A DNA stretch of 58,909 bases, taken from positions 1 through 58,909 of the forward strand of contig QZJQ01000007.1 in NCBI GenBank assembly GCA_003599795.1. The letters are read 5' to 3'. A program made the position numbers and the translations under genes. The stretch is from Nitrospiraceae bacterium (lineage in GTDB: Bacteria; Nitrospirota; Thermodesulfovibrionia; Thermodesulfovibrionales; UBA1546). Shown here one piece after another: positions 41,755-50,881 of this stretch. The notes beneath the pieces are model-generated. The model searched no databases. It saw nothing but the letters and a program-made list of their open reading frames with translations, and was not told where the DNA came from. Every line of letters begins with the position of its first letter. The first letter of the stretch is position 1.

Positions 41755-43338
41755 TTATCTCCTCTCCCTTTTCCTTGCCGGCTGGATTCTGACCTTTCTC
41801 CCTTTTATGATGCTGTCGTTGATGGCGCTTATAACCCTGTCTGCAAGGTCAGCCGGGACTTCTATAAAACTGAACTTATCAAAAAGCGCAATGTTGCTTA
41901 TTTTGCGCTCGGGGATGCCTGCTTCTGCAGAGATTGATTTGACTATATCTCCCACCTTTATCTTGTCCATCTTGCCTATGGTCATGAATAAGCGCACGGA
42001 ATCCTTCTGCTGTCCAGCATATCCTTTTCCCGGCTCCTCAATCTCCTGTATATCCTCTGTATCAAGGAGCATGCTCAGCGCTGCTGCAGCTATGTCCTCA
42101 GGAGAGTATTTCTCAAAGAGCCTTTTTGCCATGGCATATAAACGAGTGTGTTTGCCTTCTTTTATAATCTCTTCAACACCATCCGAAAGCTCTTCCTCTT
42201 TTGCCTTTCTCACTTCTTCCCTGCTCGGAAGCTTTGCCTTCTTTATTTGCGTCTTTGCTGACTGCTCTATGAGTTTTAGCTGGCGGTACTGACGCGGTGT
42301 GACAAAGGTTATCGCAATGCCGGATTTGCCTGCCCTTCCTGTCCTGCCGATCCTGTGGATATAGCCCTCAGGGTCTTGCGGAATGCTGAAGTTAATAACA
42401 TGGGAAACGTCAGGTATGTCCAGTCCGCGCGCCGCAACATCTGTGGCAACGAGTATGTCTATGTCTCCGCCCTTGAACTTTCGCATCATTTCGTCCCTGT
42501 GGCTCTGGGTGAAGTCTCCGTGGATTGCGCCTGCAGGATAGCCCATCTGCTGGAGCCTTCCGGCAACTTCATCCACCTCTTTTTTTGTATGGCAGAATAC
42601 GAGAGTAAGCGCCGGGCCCTCAACATCCAGAAGCCGGGTTAAAGCCTTTATCTTGTCTTCATCGCGCACCTCGTAAAAGACCTGCTTTATCTTGGCGACA
42701 ACCATCTCGCTCGCATCCACGCCCACATGCACGGGTTTGTTCATGTAGTTTTTTGAAATGCGGATAATTTCTTTCGGCATGGTGGCGGAAAAGAGCATCG
42801 TCTGTCTTTCTCCTGGTATTCCGCCGAGAATTTTCTCTATGTCCTCTATGAAACCCATGTTCAGCATCTCATCTGCTTCATCAAGGACTACGGCCTTTAT
42901 ATCCTTAAGAACGAGTGTCTTCCTTCTCATATGGTCCAGCACCCGTCCCGGTGTGCCAACTACAATCTCTACTCCTCTCTTCAGGCTCCGTATCTGCAGT
43001 TCTATAGATTGTCCGCCGTAAATCGGAAGCGAGACAACGCCGGCTCTCGCGCCCATCTTATTGATTTCCTGCGATACCTGAACAGCAAGCTCGCGCGTTG
43101 GCGCAAGAACTATTGCGTAGGGATACCTTCCTTTTGTCTCAGGCCTTTGTTCTATCAGCGGTATTCCAAAGGCAGCTGTCTTGCCCGTGCCTGTCTGTGC
43201 CCTGCCTATGATGTCCTTGCCCTGCAGAACCGGCGGGATTGCCATCTTCTGTATTGGAGTGGGCTCTTCAAAACCCATCTCTGAAAGCGAGACAATTATC
43301 TTATCTGAAATGCCAAATTCATTGAAATTTTTATACAC
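41755..43338 (-). CDS. DEAD-box RNA helicase with DbpA RNA-binding domain (DeaD/CsdA-like)
   Basis: PTPIQ, QTGTGKT, PTRELA, DEAD, SAT, HRIGRTGR. Confidence 0.93.
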   Translation of the reverse strand: MYKNFNEFGISDKIIVSLSEMGFEEPTPIQKMAIPPVLQGKDIIGRAQTGTGKTAAFGIPLIEQRPETKGRYPYAIVLAPTRELAVQVSQEINKMGARAGVVSLPIYGGQSIELQIRSLKRGVEIVVGTPGRVLDHMRRKTLVLKDIKAVVLDEADEMLNMGFIEDIEKILGGIPGERQTMLFSATMPKEIIRISKNYMNKPVHVGVDASEMVVAKIKQVFYEVRDEDKIKALTRLLDVEGPALTLVFCHTKKEVDEVAGRLQQMGYPAGAIHGDFTQSHRDEMMRKFKGGDIDILVATDVAARGLDIPDVSHVINFSIPQDPEGYIHRIGRTGRAGKSGIAITFVTPRQYRQLKLIEQSAKTQIKKAKLPSREEVRKAKEEELSDGVEEIIKEGKHTRLYAMAKRLFEKYSPEDIAAAALSMLLDTEDIQEIEEPGKGYAGQQKDSVRLFMTIGKMDKIKVGDIVKSISAEAGIPERKISNIALFDKFSFIEVPADLADRVISAINDSIIKGRKVRIQPARKRERR

Positions 43339-43352
43339 TTAATTATTCTCCT

Positions 43353-43532
43353 TTAAGCATCTTGTATAGGTAATGCAACCCCATCTTTTTGATCGGAAAC
43401 TATTGTTTCAGCGCCTTGTTCCTGTCCCGTATTTTTATTTAAACGCCTTTGCCGCTTTTCTTCCTGCTTCTTCTGGCGCACCAATTCTTTTTTTCTCTTG
43501 TCGCTTTTAAATGCTCCTCCGTGTCTTGCCAA
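43353..43532 (-). CDS. Small basic protein (59 aa) absent from the ORF track
   Basis: TTG start with SD GGGAG; MARHGGAFKSDKRKKELVRQKKQEEKRQRR...IQDA*; stop abuts the helicase SD. Confidence 0.7.
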   Translation of the reverse strand: MARHGGAFKSDKRKKELVRQKKQEEKRQRRLNKNTGQEQGAETIVSDQKDGVALPIQDA

Positions 43533-43721
43533 ATTATCTCCCTTCAGTTATCTGTCCCCGTTTGTTTATTCCTAACAGCCTGTAGCTTGAAGTCAGGGAG
43601 AAAATGTCATAAAAAAACCCGCAAGCGCAGGATTTTGCACGGTTTAGATATAACAAAATACTCCTTAACCTCTTCTAAGAGTATCATGCTTATTACGTCT
43701 AAAAGTCAAGGCGCAGAGGGT

Positions 43722-43750
43722 TTGACAGTGTACGATTATAGGTGTATAGT
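43722..43750 (+). promoter_or_regulatory. sigma70 promoter
   Basis: TTGACA-17-TATAGT upstream of 43788. Confidence 0.6.
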
Positions 43751-43787
43751 GAAATTAAAAAGCATGAGGAAAAGAGGAGGCAGGACT

Positions 43788-44240
43788 ATGAAAAGATTTG
43801 GCGTCATAAGATTAAGCGTCATATGTGTTATAGCGCTAACAGCGCTTGCAGGCTGTGTGCAGACAGTCACTACTTACAGCATAGACGATTATAAGACCGT
43901 GCCTAAGGTTGTTTACACGGCGTATTTTTATAGTTCCGGCATAGGCGAGAGATTAAGGGCTGTTTTCCTGAAAAGCCCTGAAACCGAGGTGGAAATTGTC
44001 CCTTATTCCCGGCAGATAACAACTGAAAAAGCTACGTTCAGCGATGCGCTGACCTTTATGGAAAAAGTAGGGGACTTCAAAAACATTTCCATACAGGGAG
44101 TAAAATATAAAGAAAAGACCATAGGCTATCTGCTCACATTCGCAAGGCCTGTATCTCCGAGGGAATCCATAGAGGTTAATGTTTACGAGCGCGATGGAAA
44201 GATTTACTTTTCAGTCACGGAAAGGAAACATGATGAGTGA
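43788..44240 (+). CDS. Hypothetical lipoprotein
   Basis: SD GGAGG, MKRFG..ALAGC lipobox; the upstream part of track ORF 43449 is antisense overlap. Confidence 0.75.
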   Translation: MKRFGVIRLSVICVIALTALAGCVQTVTTYSIDDYKTVPKVVYTAYFYSSGIGERLRAVFLKSPETEVEIVPYSRQITTEKATFSDALTFMEKVGDFKNISIQGVKYKEKTIGYLLTFARPVSPRESIEVNVYERDGKIYFSVTERKHDE

Positions 44241-44252
44241 TTGGCGGTTAGA

Positions 44253-44444
44253 TTAAGCATATGCCAAAGCTTCGTCTATGTCTTGTGGTTCAAGATATGG
44301 ATAAGCCTTTAATATGGATTCTTTTGTCTCACCGACAGACAAAAGTCCGAGGATTCTGGAAACAGGAAATCTCAAGCCTCTGATGCATGGTTTGCCGGAA
44401 CAGACTTCAGGGTCAACAGTTATTCTGTTAAATTTCATATTCAC
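44253..44444 (-). CDS. DUF433 antitoxin-like protein, possibly 3'-truncated orphan
   Basis: RITVDPEVCSGKPCIRGLR..YPYLE..DI..AL.Y; no cognate toxin follows. Confidence 0.75.
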   Translation of the reverse strand: MNMKFNRITVDPEVCSGKPCIRGLRFPVSRILGLLSVGETKESILKAYPYLEPQDIDEALAYA

Positions 44445-44621
44445 CTCCTGTCCTCATTTTAGCATAAAAGCGTTGGACATAGAGAAAAGTTGTTAGTCCT
44501 CTCCTTTTAAAAAAGGGTTTGAGGGTCGTATTCAAAAAAAGCGGTCGCTGTCCCTCGTTTCTGTTCTTATTAGGCTGTATATTAACCTAACTCTTCGGTG
44601 TGTACGTTATACAGGGGAAAG

Positions 44622-45374
44622 TCAAGAATGTCTTTGATATGCTGTCAATAACCCTATTAAATAAAAATAACCGATAAAGAAAATTATTGCGACAATCACG
44701 CGCATGGGACCGATTTTATCATGAGACACGATAAAATTGCCTTCACGATCCCATGATGTTATACCATCTTTTGTTAGGTTATTATGTGCAATAGCAAGAG
44801 TTATAAGTATAACGATCGGGAATCCTATCCCAAGCCCTCTCCACCACACTGAAAAACTACGTGTTAAAGCACTTGAAAATGTCAGTTTATCCCCTGCACC
44901 ATTCCGTAAAGAGGTTTTGAATAACCATTTCCCCGGAGTACTACCCCATGTCGATATCAAGCTTGATTCTACGAAAATCCAAATGAATATTATTAACATG
45001 CCCAATGCAAAATCTGGCATATTTGACATAGATGGGTGGAAAAACACCAATACAAAACCAGCAAGAAGTGAGAATGAACAAAGATCAAACATCCTTGCCC
45101 AAAAGCGAACCCATGGACGGACTTGGATCCCCGCAAGTAACCCTAAAGAAGGAATTGGCGGCGGTTCTTGTTTTGGCAAAGGCGGCGGATAAGGAATAAC
45201 CTTCACTAAGAAAGCTTCAACTTTAAAAGCTGGTGTCCATTTTGATAAATTGTCAGACCAAATCAGTGTCGCAGCTCCCAAAATTCCAGCGTTAAACATC
45301 TCATGCATCTTACTCTGAGGAACTGGCCCCTCTTGTTTGTTCTCCTTAACGTAATACCACATTCTTTCACTCAT
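44622..45374 (-). CDS. GYF_2 + RDD family membrane protein (cassette 3)
   Basis: WYY..QEGP..W..W GYF_2 domain; RFWARMFD..TPGKW RDD domain. Confidence 0.8.
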   Translation of the reverse strand: MSERMWYYVKENKQEGPVPQSKMHEMFNAGILGAATLIWSDNLSKWTPAFKVEAFLVKVIPYPPPLPKQEPPPIPSLGLLAGIQVRPWVRFWARMFDLCSFSLLAGFVLVFFHPSMSNMPDFALGMLIIFIWIFVESSLISTWGSTPGKWLFKTSLRNGAGDKLTFSSALTRSFSVWWRGLGIGFPIVILITLAIAHNNLTKDGITSWDREGNFIVSHDKIGPMRVIVAIIFFIGYFYLIGLLTAYQRHS

Positions 45375-45401
45375 ATTTAGCTCCTTTTAAAAACTTGTGC
45401 C

Positions 45402-45467
45402 GCCTAACGTTCACGCACAAACTAAGCCGTTAGGTTTGTGGTCTTTGCCGTTTGTGCTGTGTTAGCA
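45402..45467 (-). mobile_element. Integron attC site
   Basis: Minus strand TGCTAAC..GCACAAAC..GTTTGTGC..GTTAGGC, 66 bp. Confidence 0.75.
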
Positions 45468-46104
45468 GTTGCTCTATAATATTACTAATAAAATCTTCTT
45501 GTGCACTATTTGCATACTTCCATAATCTCTGACCAGTCCAATCCCATTGAGGATGGGATGCTTTCTGAATTTTGTATGTATTGAAGCGGCTGTATATAAA
45601 CTCCAAAACGTTTTTCCATGTAATCTGTGGAACTTCTGGATATTTTTGCTTCAGGTCTTGATTGATTTGGTTGCCAACACAAAAAAGTGAAAGGTATGCA
45701 AGTTGGTTTTCAAAGACTCCTTTTTCGTAAATTTGTTTTGCAATTCTGTCTACTGATGCTTCTGGAAAAACTCCAATAGCTCTTAACACTCTATGTATGT
45801 TCATTCTTTCTCTCTGAACCCATGGTCCGTTCAGGTTGCAAGTTTGAGACTTCACCTCAGCAATGATAATATAAGGCTTATGTTTGACTTTTGTGAAGAT
45901 TTCTTCATCGACCATGGGATTTTTCAACAACTCAGCCCTGTAAGGAAATCTTACACCCAAAATATCTACATCGGTTTCTTGTCCGCATCTACTATCTGGG
46001 TGAACAACGAAATTAACAGTTGTAAGAAAACCATTCAAACGGAAGTACCAATAGGCAAGATTTTCGGAATCAATAGGTTTGACTTCTCTCACCTTCATCT
46101 CCAA
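45430..46104 (-). CDS. Hypothetical protein, possible PD-(D/E)XK nuclease fold (cassette 2)
   Basis: E..LAYWYF..TDVDILG..IAEVK pattern. Confidence 0.55.
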   Translation of the reverse strand: MEMKVREVKPIDSENLAYWYFRLNGFLTTVNFVVHPDSRCGQETDVDILGVRFPYRAELLKNPMVDEEIFTKVKHKPYIIIAEVKSQTCNLNGPWVQRERMNIHRVLRAIGVFPEASVDRIAKQIYEKGVFENQLAYLSLFCVGNQINQDLKQKYPEVPQITWKNVLEFIYSRFNTYKIQKASHPQWDWTGQRLWKYANSAQEDFISNIIEQLLTQHKRQRPQT

Positions 46105-46125
46105 TCTTCGTTATAAGGCAATTTC

Positions 46126-46197
46126 GGATAACGACCAAGCTCACTGGCGGCGGTTCCGCTTACGCTCCATCCCCGCCAGTGCAGCGCATTGTTAGAT
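46126..46197 (-). mobile_element. Integron attC site
   Basis: Minus strand ATCTAAC-AATGCGCTGCACTGGCGG..CCGCCAGTGAGCTTGGTC-GTTATCC, 72 bp, just after the stop codon. Confidence 0.85.
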
Positions 46198-46199
46198 GC

Positions 46200-47204
46200 T
46201 CACTTATATTGTTCCTGAATGATAAAAGAATTAGCGATCATTTTAAAAAGTAGTTCAAAACGACTAAAATTTTCTTGCAGTTTTGACTCTTTACCTGGCG
46301 TAGCAGAAATCACACACTGAATGAATACCATTTTATTTCCATGTATAATAATGAAGTGCAGATTTCGCATTGTCAAAGTCAAGTCAAGTCTTTGCACTGA
46401 TTGGTCAAAAAGGATCATAGCACCTTTATGATTATCTAGAACAATGGGTTTCGCAGAAATGAACTTTCCACCATCAGAAACCATCCCTCTCAATTCACTT
46501 TCAGTGAAGAACTCATCTAAATCCTTCTGGGTTAGTGTATAACCAGGAGGTAATGGAATGTCTTTCACCATAATCAAAAACATTTCCAAACCCCTGCCAT
46601 TTTCACTTGTGAATTTTTGGATAATATTTGGCCTTTCCCCTTCTTTAGGTTGCCAGCTAATAGGATAACGAATCTGAAAATCAATACCCTTTGCTTTTGG
46701 GTGACCTTTTGTTCGGAAAATACGGTTATATCCTTTAGTGAATTCTTCCGCTGGACGATATTGAAATTGATATGTAAGCAATGTTTCCAGAATAGGGGAA
46801 GGGACATTGCCTTTAGCTCTTGATTCTACTTCGGCAAGAAACAGTACTGCGATGTCTTGATTTAACTGTTGAGGAGAGAGTGTAGATTTGAGTTGCTTCT
46901 TCATCCTTGCCACATATTCAGAATATTTATCTTTAAGCATGTCTTTCAGAGCACTTTTGATATTCTCTTCAGCAATGCCAAATGCTGTTTTGAATTCAAG
47001 GTCTGCCTTTTGAACCCGTAAACCTAGGGCTGGATATTCATCCTTTATACGATTAAGGCTAAATCGTTGTCCCATGATAAATCCCAACGTTTTGCTCAAA
47101 TCAACGTGAAGCGACTCCTGAATTGTCTGGCCAGACACGGATTGAACAGAAACAATAGTAAATGCCATGAATATGCTTATAAATAATAAACAAAAAGTTT
47201 TCAT
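46200..47204 (-). CDS. Hypothetical exported protein (cassette 1)
   Basis: 334-aa ORF with a Sec signal peptide, bounded by GTTAGATGC and GCATCTAAC. Confidence 0.7.
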   Translation of the reverse strand: MKTFCLLFISIFMAFTIVSVQSVSGQTIQESLHVDLSKTLGFIMGQRFSLNRIKDEYPALGLRVQKADLEFKTAFGIAEENIKSALKDMLKDKYSEYVARMKKQLKSTLSPQQLNQDIAVLFLAEVESRAKGNVPSPILETLLTYQFQYRPAEEFTKGYNRIFRTKGHPKAKGIDFQIRYPISWQPKEGERPNIIQKFTSENGRGLEMFLIMVKDIPLPPGYTLTQKDLDEFFTESELRGMVSDGGKFISAKPIVLDNHKGAMILFDQSVQRLDLTLTMRNLHFIIIHGNKMVFIQCVISATPGKESKLQENFSRFELLFKMIANSFIIQEQYK

Positions 47205-47220
47205 CTGCCATTATCCTTTC

Positions 47221-47315
47221 GCATCTAACTTGTTTATAATTGCACTCAGGTGCGTTTGTCCTCCTGAAAAAGGACATTTGCATCCTAAGATACAAAAGAG
47301 CGATATTCCTGTCAA
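47221..47315 (-). promoter_or_regulatory. attI-like site and Pc-like promoter at the head of the cassette array
   Basis: TTGACA-17-TATCTT, then ATAAACAA-GTTAGAT (compare attI1 TAAAACAAAGTTRRRY); no attC stem upstream. Confidence 0.6.
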
Positions 47316-47387
47316 GGAAATTTTCACATCCAAAAGCAGGACTCTGAGAAATGACAAAAGTATCGAATTATGTTGTATAATAAATCC

Positions 47388-47654
47388 ATGAAAACCATTG
47401 ATACTACAGTAAATATATCTATGAAATATCCGGTGTCCGAAAAGAAACTATCTGAGATTATAAAATCTGGAAAAACGGATAATAAATATCTTGCGCATAT
47501 ATTTGCCTTGTTTACCGATGTCCCCGCGCCTGATTTATTGGCTTTCATCAAAAAATATGATATATCCTTGCCTGCCATCAAGAAATATTACTTTAAGCAC
47601 GTAAAGAAATTTTACCCTAATGCCGAATTAGAAAATGTCTTTACGTTTAAATAA
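47388..47654 (+). CDS. Putative antitoxin partner of the AbiEii-like toxin
   Basis: Small ORF coupled by TAATG overlap to the nucleotidyltransferase; start uncertain (47370 or 47388). Confidence 0.55.
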   Translation: MKTIDTTVNISMKYPVSEKKLSEIIKSGKTDNKYLAHIFALFTDVPAPDLLAFIKKYDISLPAIKKYYFKHVKKFYPNAELENVFTFK

Positions 47655-48283
47655 TGAAATCTGCTGACTGGCTTCCTCTCTTTAAGTTCGCTTTAAAAAT
47701 CTTATCACAGGAAAAGGTTTTAAAAAGTCAGTGGTCTTTCGGCGGCGGAACTGCTTTAATGACTTACTATAATCACAGGAAAAGTAAAGATATTGATATT
47801 TTCTTGAGAGACGTCCAGCTTCTAACAAAATTTACGCCGCGATTAAACGACTATGTTGCCGAGCAAACAGATGACTATACCGAAATGTCAAACTCTCTGA
47901 AATTGAAGGTAAAGGAACAAGAGATAGATTTTATTGTTGCCCCGTTATTAACCAAAACGCCTACATTAAAAAAGATAGTGGGCAATACTCCAATTTATAT
48001 TGAAACCCCGGAAGAAATAGTAATCAAGAAAATTTTTTATAGGGCAGACGCCTTCAAAACAAGAGATGTCTTTGATCTGGCAGTTGTTATTAAGCATAAA
48101 GAGAATAGCCTTTTAGAGAATCTTGATATTTTTCAGAGTAAGATAGATGTCTTACTAAACAGGCTAAATATCCTGAAAAAAATTTACGCTATTGAATTGA
48201 AATCCCTTGATATTATAGACAGCCAGACTGCTAAGGACTCCCTCAAGATAGTACAAGAATTTATTAATAAGTTAATTCACTGA
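47654..48283 (+). CDS. AbiEii/AbiGii-family nucleotidyltransferase toxin
   Basis: [29 protein letters not shown]. Confidence 0.85.
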   Translation: MKSADWLPLFKFALKILSQEKVLKSQWSFGGGTALMTYYNHRKSKDIDIFLRDVQLLTKFTPRLNDYVAEQTDDYTEMSNSLKLKVKEQEIDFIVAPLLTKTPTLKKIVGNTPIYIETPEEIVIKKIFYRADAFKTRDVFDLAVVIKHKENSLLENLDIFQSKIDVLLNRLNILKKIYAIELKSLDIIDSQTAKDSLKIVQEFINKLIH

Positions 48284-48308
48284 GGCAAAAACAATTTCCG
48301 TCAACAAT

Positions 48309-50873
48309 ATGCAAACCTCTATAGTCATAAAAGGCGCGCGGGAGCACAATCTCAAGAACATCAGCGTATCCATACCCAGAGAAAAGATAACTGTTATCAC
48401 CGGCCCCTCGGGCTCCGGCAAATCATCCCTTGCAATTGACACAATCTACGCCGAGGGACAGAGGCGGTATGTTGAAAGCCTTTCAGTATATGCAAGGCAG
48501 TTCCTTGAACAGCTTCAGAAACCCGACGTGGACCTTATTGAGGGGCTTTCCCCTTCCATTGCAATTGAGCAGAAAACAGTTACGAAAAGCCCGCGTTCAA
48601 CACTCGGCACAATAACCGAAATCTATGACTATATGCGTGTGCTTTACACGCGGATTGGAAAACCTTACTGCTATAACTGCGGTTCGCTTATAGCCGCGCA
48701 GGAGGCTCAGAACATAATAGATTCCGTTGTGTCACTCCCTCAGGGAACACGCATACAAATACTTGCGCCTATTGTCAGAGACAGAAAAGGTGAATATAAA
48801 AAAGAGCTTTACGATATGCTGCGCGACGGGTTTATAAGGGCGAGGATAGACGGCGTGATGTTTGACCTCACACAGGATATAAAGCTGAAGAAACAGCAGA
48901 GGCATACCATCGAGATTGTTATAGACAGGCTTCTTATAAAAACAGGGACTGAAAGGCAGATAAAGAGCGCGATTGATTCAGCATTAAAATATACGGACAC
49001 CGTTATAATTAATCTCATAGACAAAAACAAGGACATCCCTTTCAGCAGGACCATGGCATGTCCCAACTGCAGCATAAGCTACCCTGAGATTAATCCGAGA
49101 TTTTTTTCCTTCAACAGCAAATACGGAGCCTGCCCGAGATGCCACGGCATCGGGTTTGAAAACATCGGCGAGGATTTTGAGGCCGAAAAACAGGACTTCG
49201 GAGCTATAACCGATGAGGAAGTGGCCGGGTTATCAGCGTGCAAGGCGTGCAAAGGCATGAGACTGAGAAAAGAGGCGCTGAGCATAAAAATAAACGACAC
49301 AAACATAGCTGAATTTTCAAGAATGTCTGTCATCAACGCAATTCAATTTATCAATGCGCTTAAGCTTACGGACCGGGAACAGACAATAGCTTCGCGCGTG
49401 CTGAGAGAAGTCAAAGACAGGCTTTCGTTTCTCAATAAGGTCGGCCTCGGTTATCTGACAGTTGACAGGCTTTCGCTTACGCTTTCAGGCGGTGAAGCGC
49501 AGAGGATACGACTTGCAACGCAGATGGGCTCGTCCCTCACAGGAGTGCTTTATGTCCTTGACGAGCCAAGCATCGGGCTTCATCCAAGAGACTGCAAAAA
49601 ACTGCTTGAAAGCCTTTCGTCAATAAGAGACTCAGGAAATACAGTGATAATAGTTGAACATGATGAAGATACCATAAACTGGGCTGACCATGTCATTGAC
49701 ATGGGGCCGGGCGGAGGGCTTAGAGGCGGATGGATAACCGCAGAAGGCCCGCCTTCTGTTATCAGGGATAACAAAAACTCATTGACAGGCAGATACCTCA
49801 AAGGCGAACTGAGCATACCAGTGCCTGCAAAGAGGAGAAAATCAAAAGACTTCATCCATATCAACGGCGCGTCAGAATTTAATCTTAAGGATATAGATGT
49901 CAAGATGCCGCTGGGCCTGTTTACATGCATAACAGGTGTTTCAGGTTCGGGCAAGAGCACGCTGATATTTGAAACTCTATACAAAGCTATCGCCGGAAAA
50001 CTATATAAAAGCGCGCTCATCCCGGGAAAGCACAGGGAAATTACAGGCATGGAAAAAATTGACCGCATAATATGCGTGGACCAGTCTCCGTTGGGACGCA
50101 CGCCCAGGTCTAATCCCGCGACTTACACCGGGATATTCACATACATCAGGGAACTCTTTGCGCAGATTCAGGATTCAAAGATACGGGGATATACTGCATC
50201 GCGCTTCAGTTTTAATGTCGCATCCGCCTCAGGCGGAGGAAGATGCGAGTCCTGCCATGGCGGAGGCACGCTTAAGGTTGCCATGCATTTCCTTCCTGAT
50301 GTTTACATCCCATGCAATGTATGCAAAGGCAAAAGATACAATAAAGAGACGCTTGAAATAAGATATAAAGACAAAAACATAGCTGAGGTCCTTGCGATGA
50401 CGGTTTCAGAGATGCTCCGGTTCTTCAGCGCAATTCCGCTTATACGCCAGAGGCTTGAAATACTTGAAGACGTGGGGCTCGGATACATTCAGCTTGGCCA
50501 GTCCGCGACAACTCTCTCAGGCGGTGAAGCTCAAAGGGTAAGGCTTTCAAGAGAATTCGGGAAAAGGTCCTCCGCCTCAGGCGGAGGAAACACTCTTTAT
50601 CTGCTTGACGAGCCTACGACAGGACTGCACTTTGCCGACATTCAGAAACTCCTTGATGTCATAAACAGCCTCATAGACCTCGGAAACACGGTGGTTGTGA
50701 TAGAGCATAATCTTGACGTGATAAAGTCATCTGACTATATAATTGACCTTGGGCCTGAGGGCGGAGAAAAAGGCGGAAGGGTCATAGCCGCAGGAACACC
50801 TGAAGAAGTGAGCTCAAATCCTGATTCGTATACGGGGATGGCTTTGAAAAATAAATTAGCGGTGAATAGATAA
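48309..50873 (+). CDS. uvrA: Excinuclease ABC subunit A
   Basis: GAREHNLKN, two Walker A motifs (GSGKS), LSGGEAQR x2, zinc fingers. Confidence 0.96.
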   Translation: MQTSIVIKGAREHNLKNISVSIPREKITVITGPSGSGKSSLAIDTIYAEGQRRYVESLSVYARQFLEQLQKPDVDLIEGLSPSIAIEQKTVTKSPRSTLGTITEIYDYMRVLYTRIGKPYCYNCGSLIAAQEAQNIIDSVVSLPQGTRIQILAPIVRDRKGEYKKELYDMLRDGFIRARIDGVMFDLTQDIKLKKQQRHTIEIVIDRLLIKTGTERQIKSAIDSALKYTDTVIINLIDKNKDIPFSRTMACPNCSISYPEINPRFFSFNSKYGACPRCHGIGFENIGEDFEAEKQDFGAITDEEVAGLSACKACKGMRLRKEALSIKINDTNIAEFSRMSVINAIQFINALKLTDREQTIASRVLREVKDRLSFLNKVGLGYLTVDRLSLTLSGGEAQRIRLATQMGSSLTGVLYVLDEPSIGLHPRDCKKLLESLSSIRDSGNTVIIVEHDEDTINWADHVIDMGPGGGLRGGWITAEGPPSVIRDNKNSLTGRYLKGELSIPVPAKRRKSKDFIHINGASEFNLKDIDVKMPLGLFTCITGVSGSGKSTLIFETLYKAIAGKLYKSALIPGKHREITGMEKIDRIICVDQSPLGRTPRSNPATYTGIFTYIRELFAQIQDSKIRGYTASRFSFNVASASGGGRCESCHGGGTLKVAMHFLPDVYIPCNVCKGKRYNKETLEIRYKDKNIAEVLAMTVSEMLRFFSAIPLIRQRLEILEDVGLGYIQLGQSATTLSGGEAQRVRLSREFGKRSSASGGGNTLYLLDEPTTGLHFADIQKLLDVINSLIDLGNTVVVIEHNLDVIKSSDYIIDLGPEGGEKGGRVIAAGTPEEVSSNPDSYTGMALKNKLAVNR
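50223..50585. repeat. Two identical TCCGCCTCAGGCGGA palindromes in frame in uvrA (50223-50237, 50571-50585)
   Basis: Both encode SASGG at normally conserved motifs. Confidence 0.8.
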
Positions 50874-50881
50874 ATGGGTGA

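Noticed and set aside
43449-43787. N-terminal extension of the 263-aa ORF
   Set aside because: Antisense to the 59-aa gene; promoter, SD and lipobox support the start at 43788
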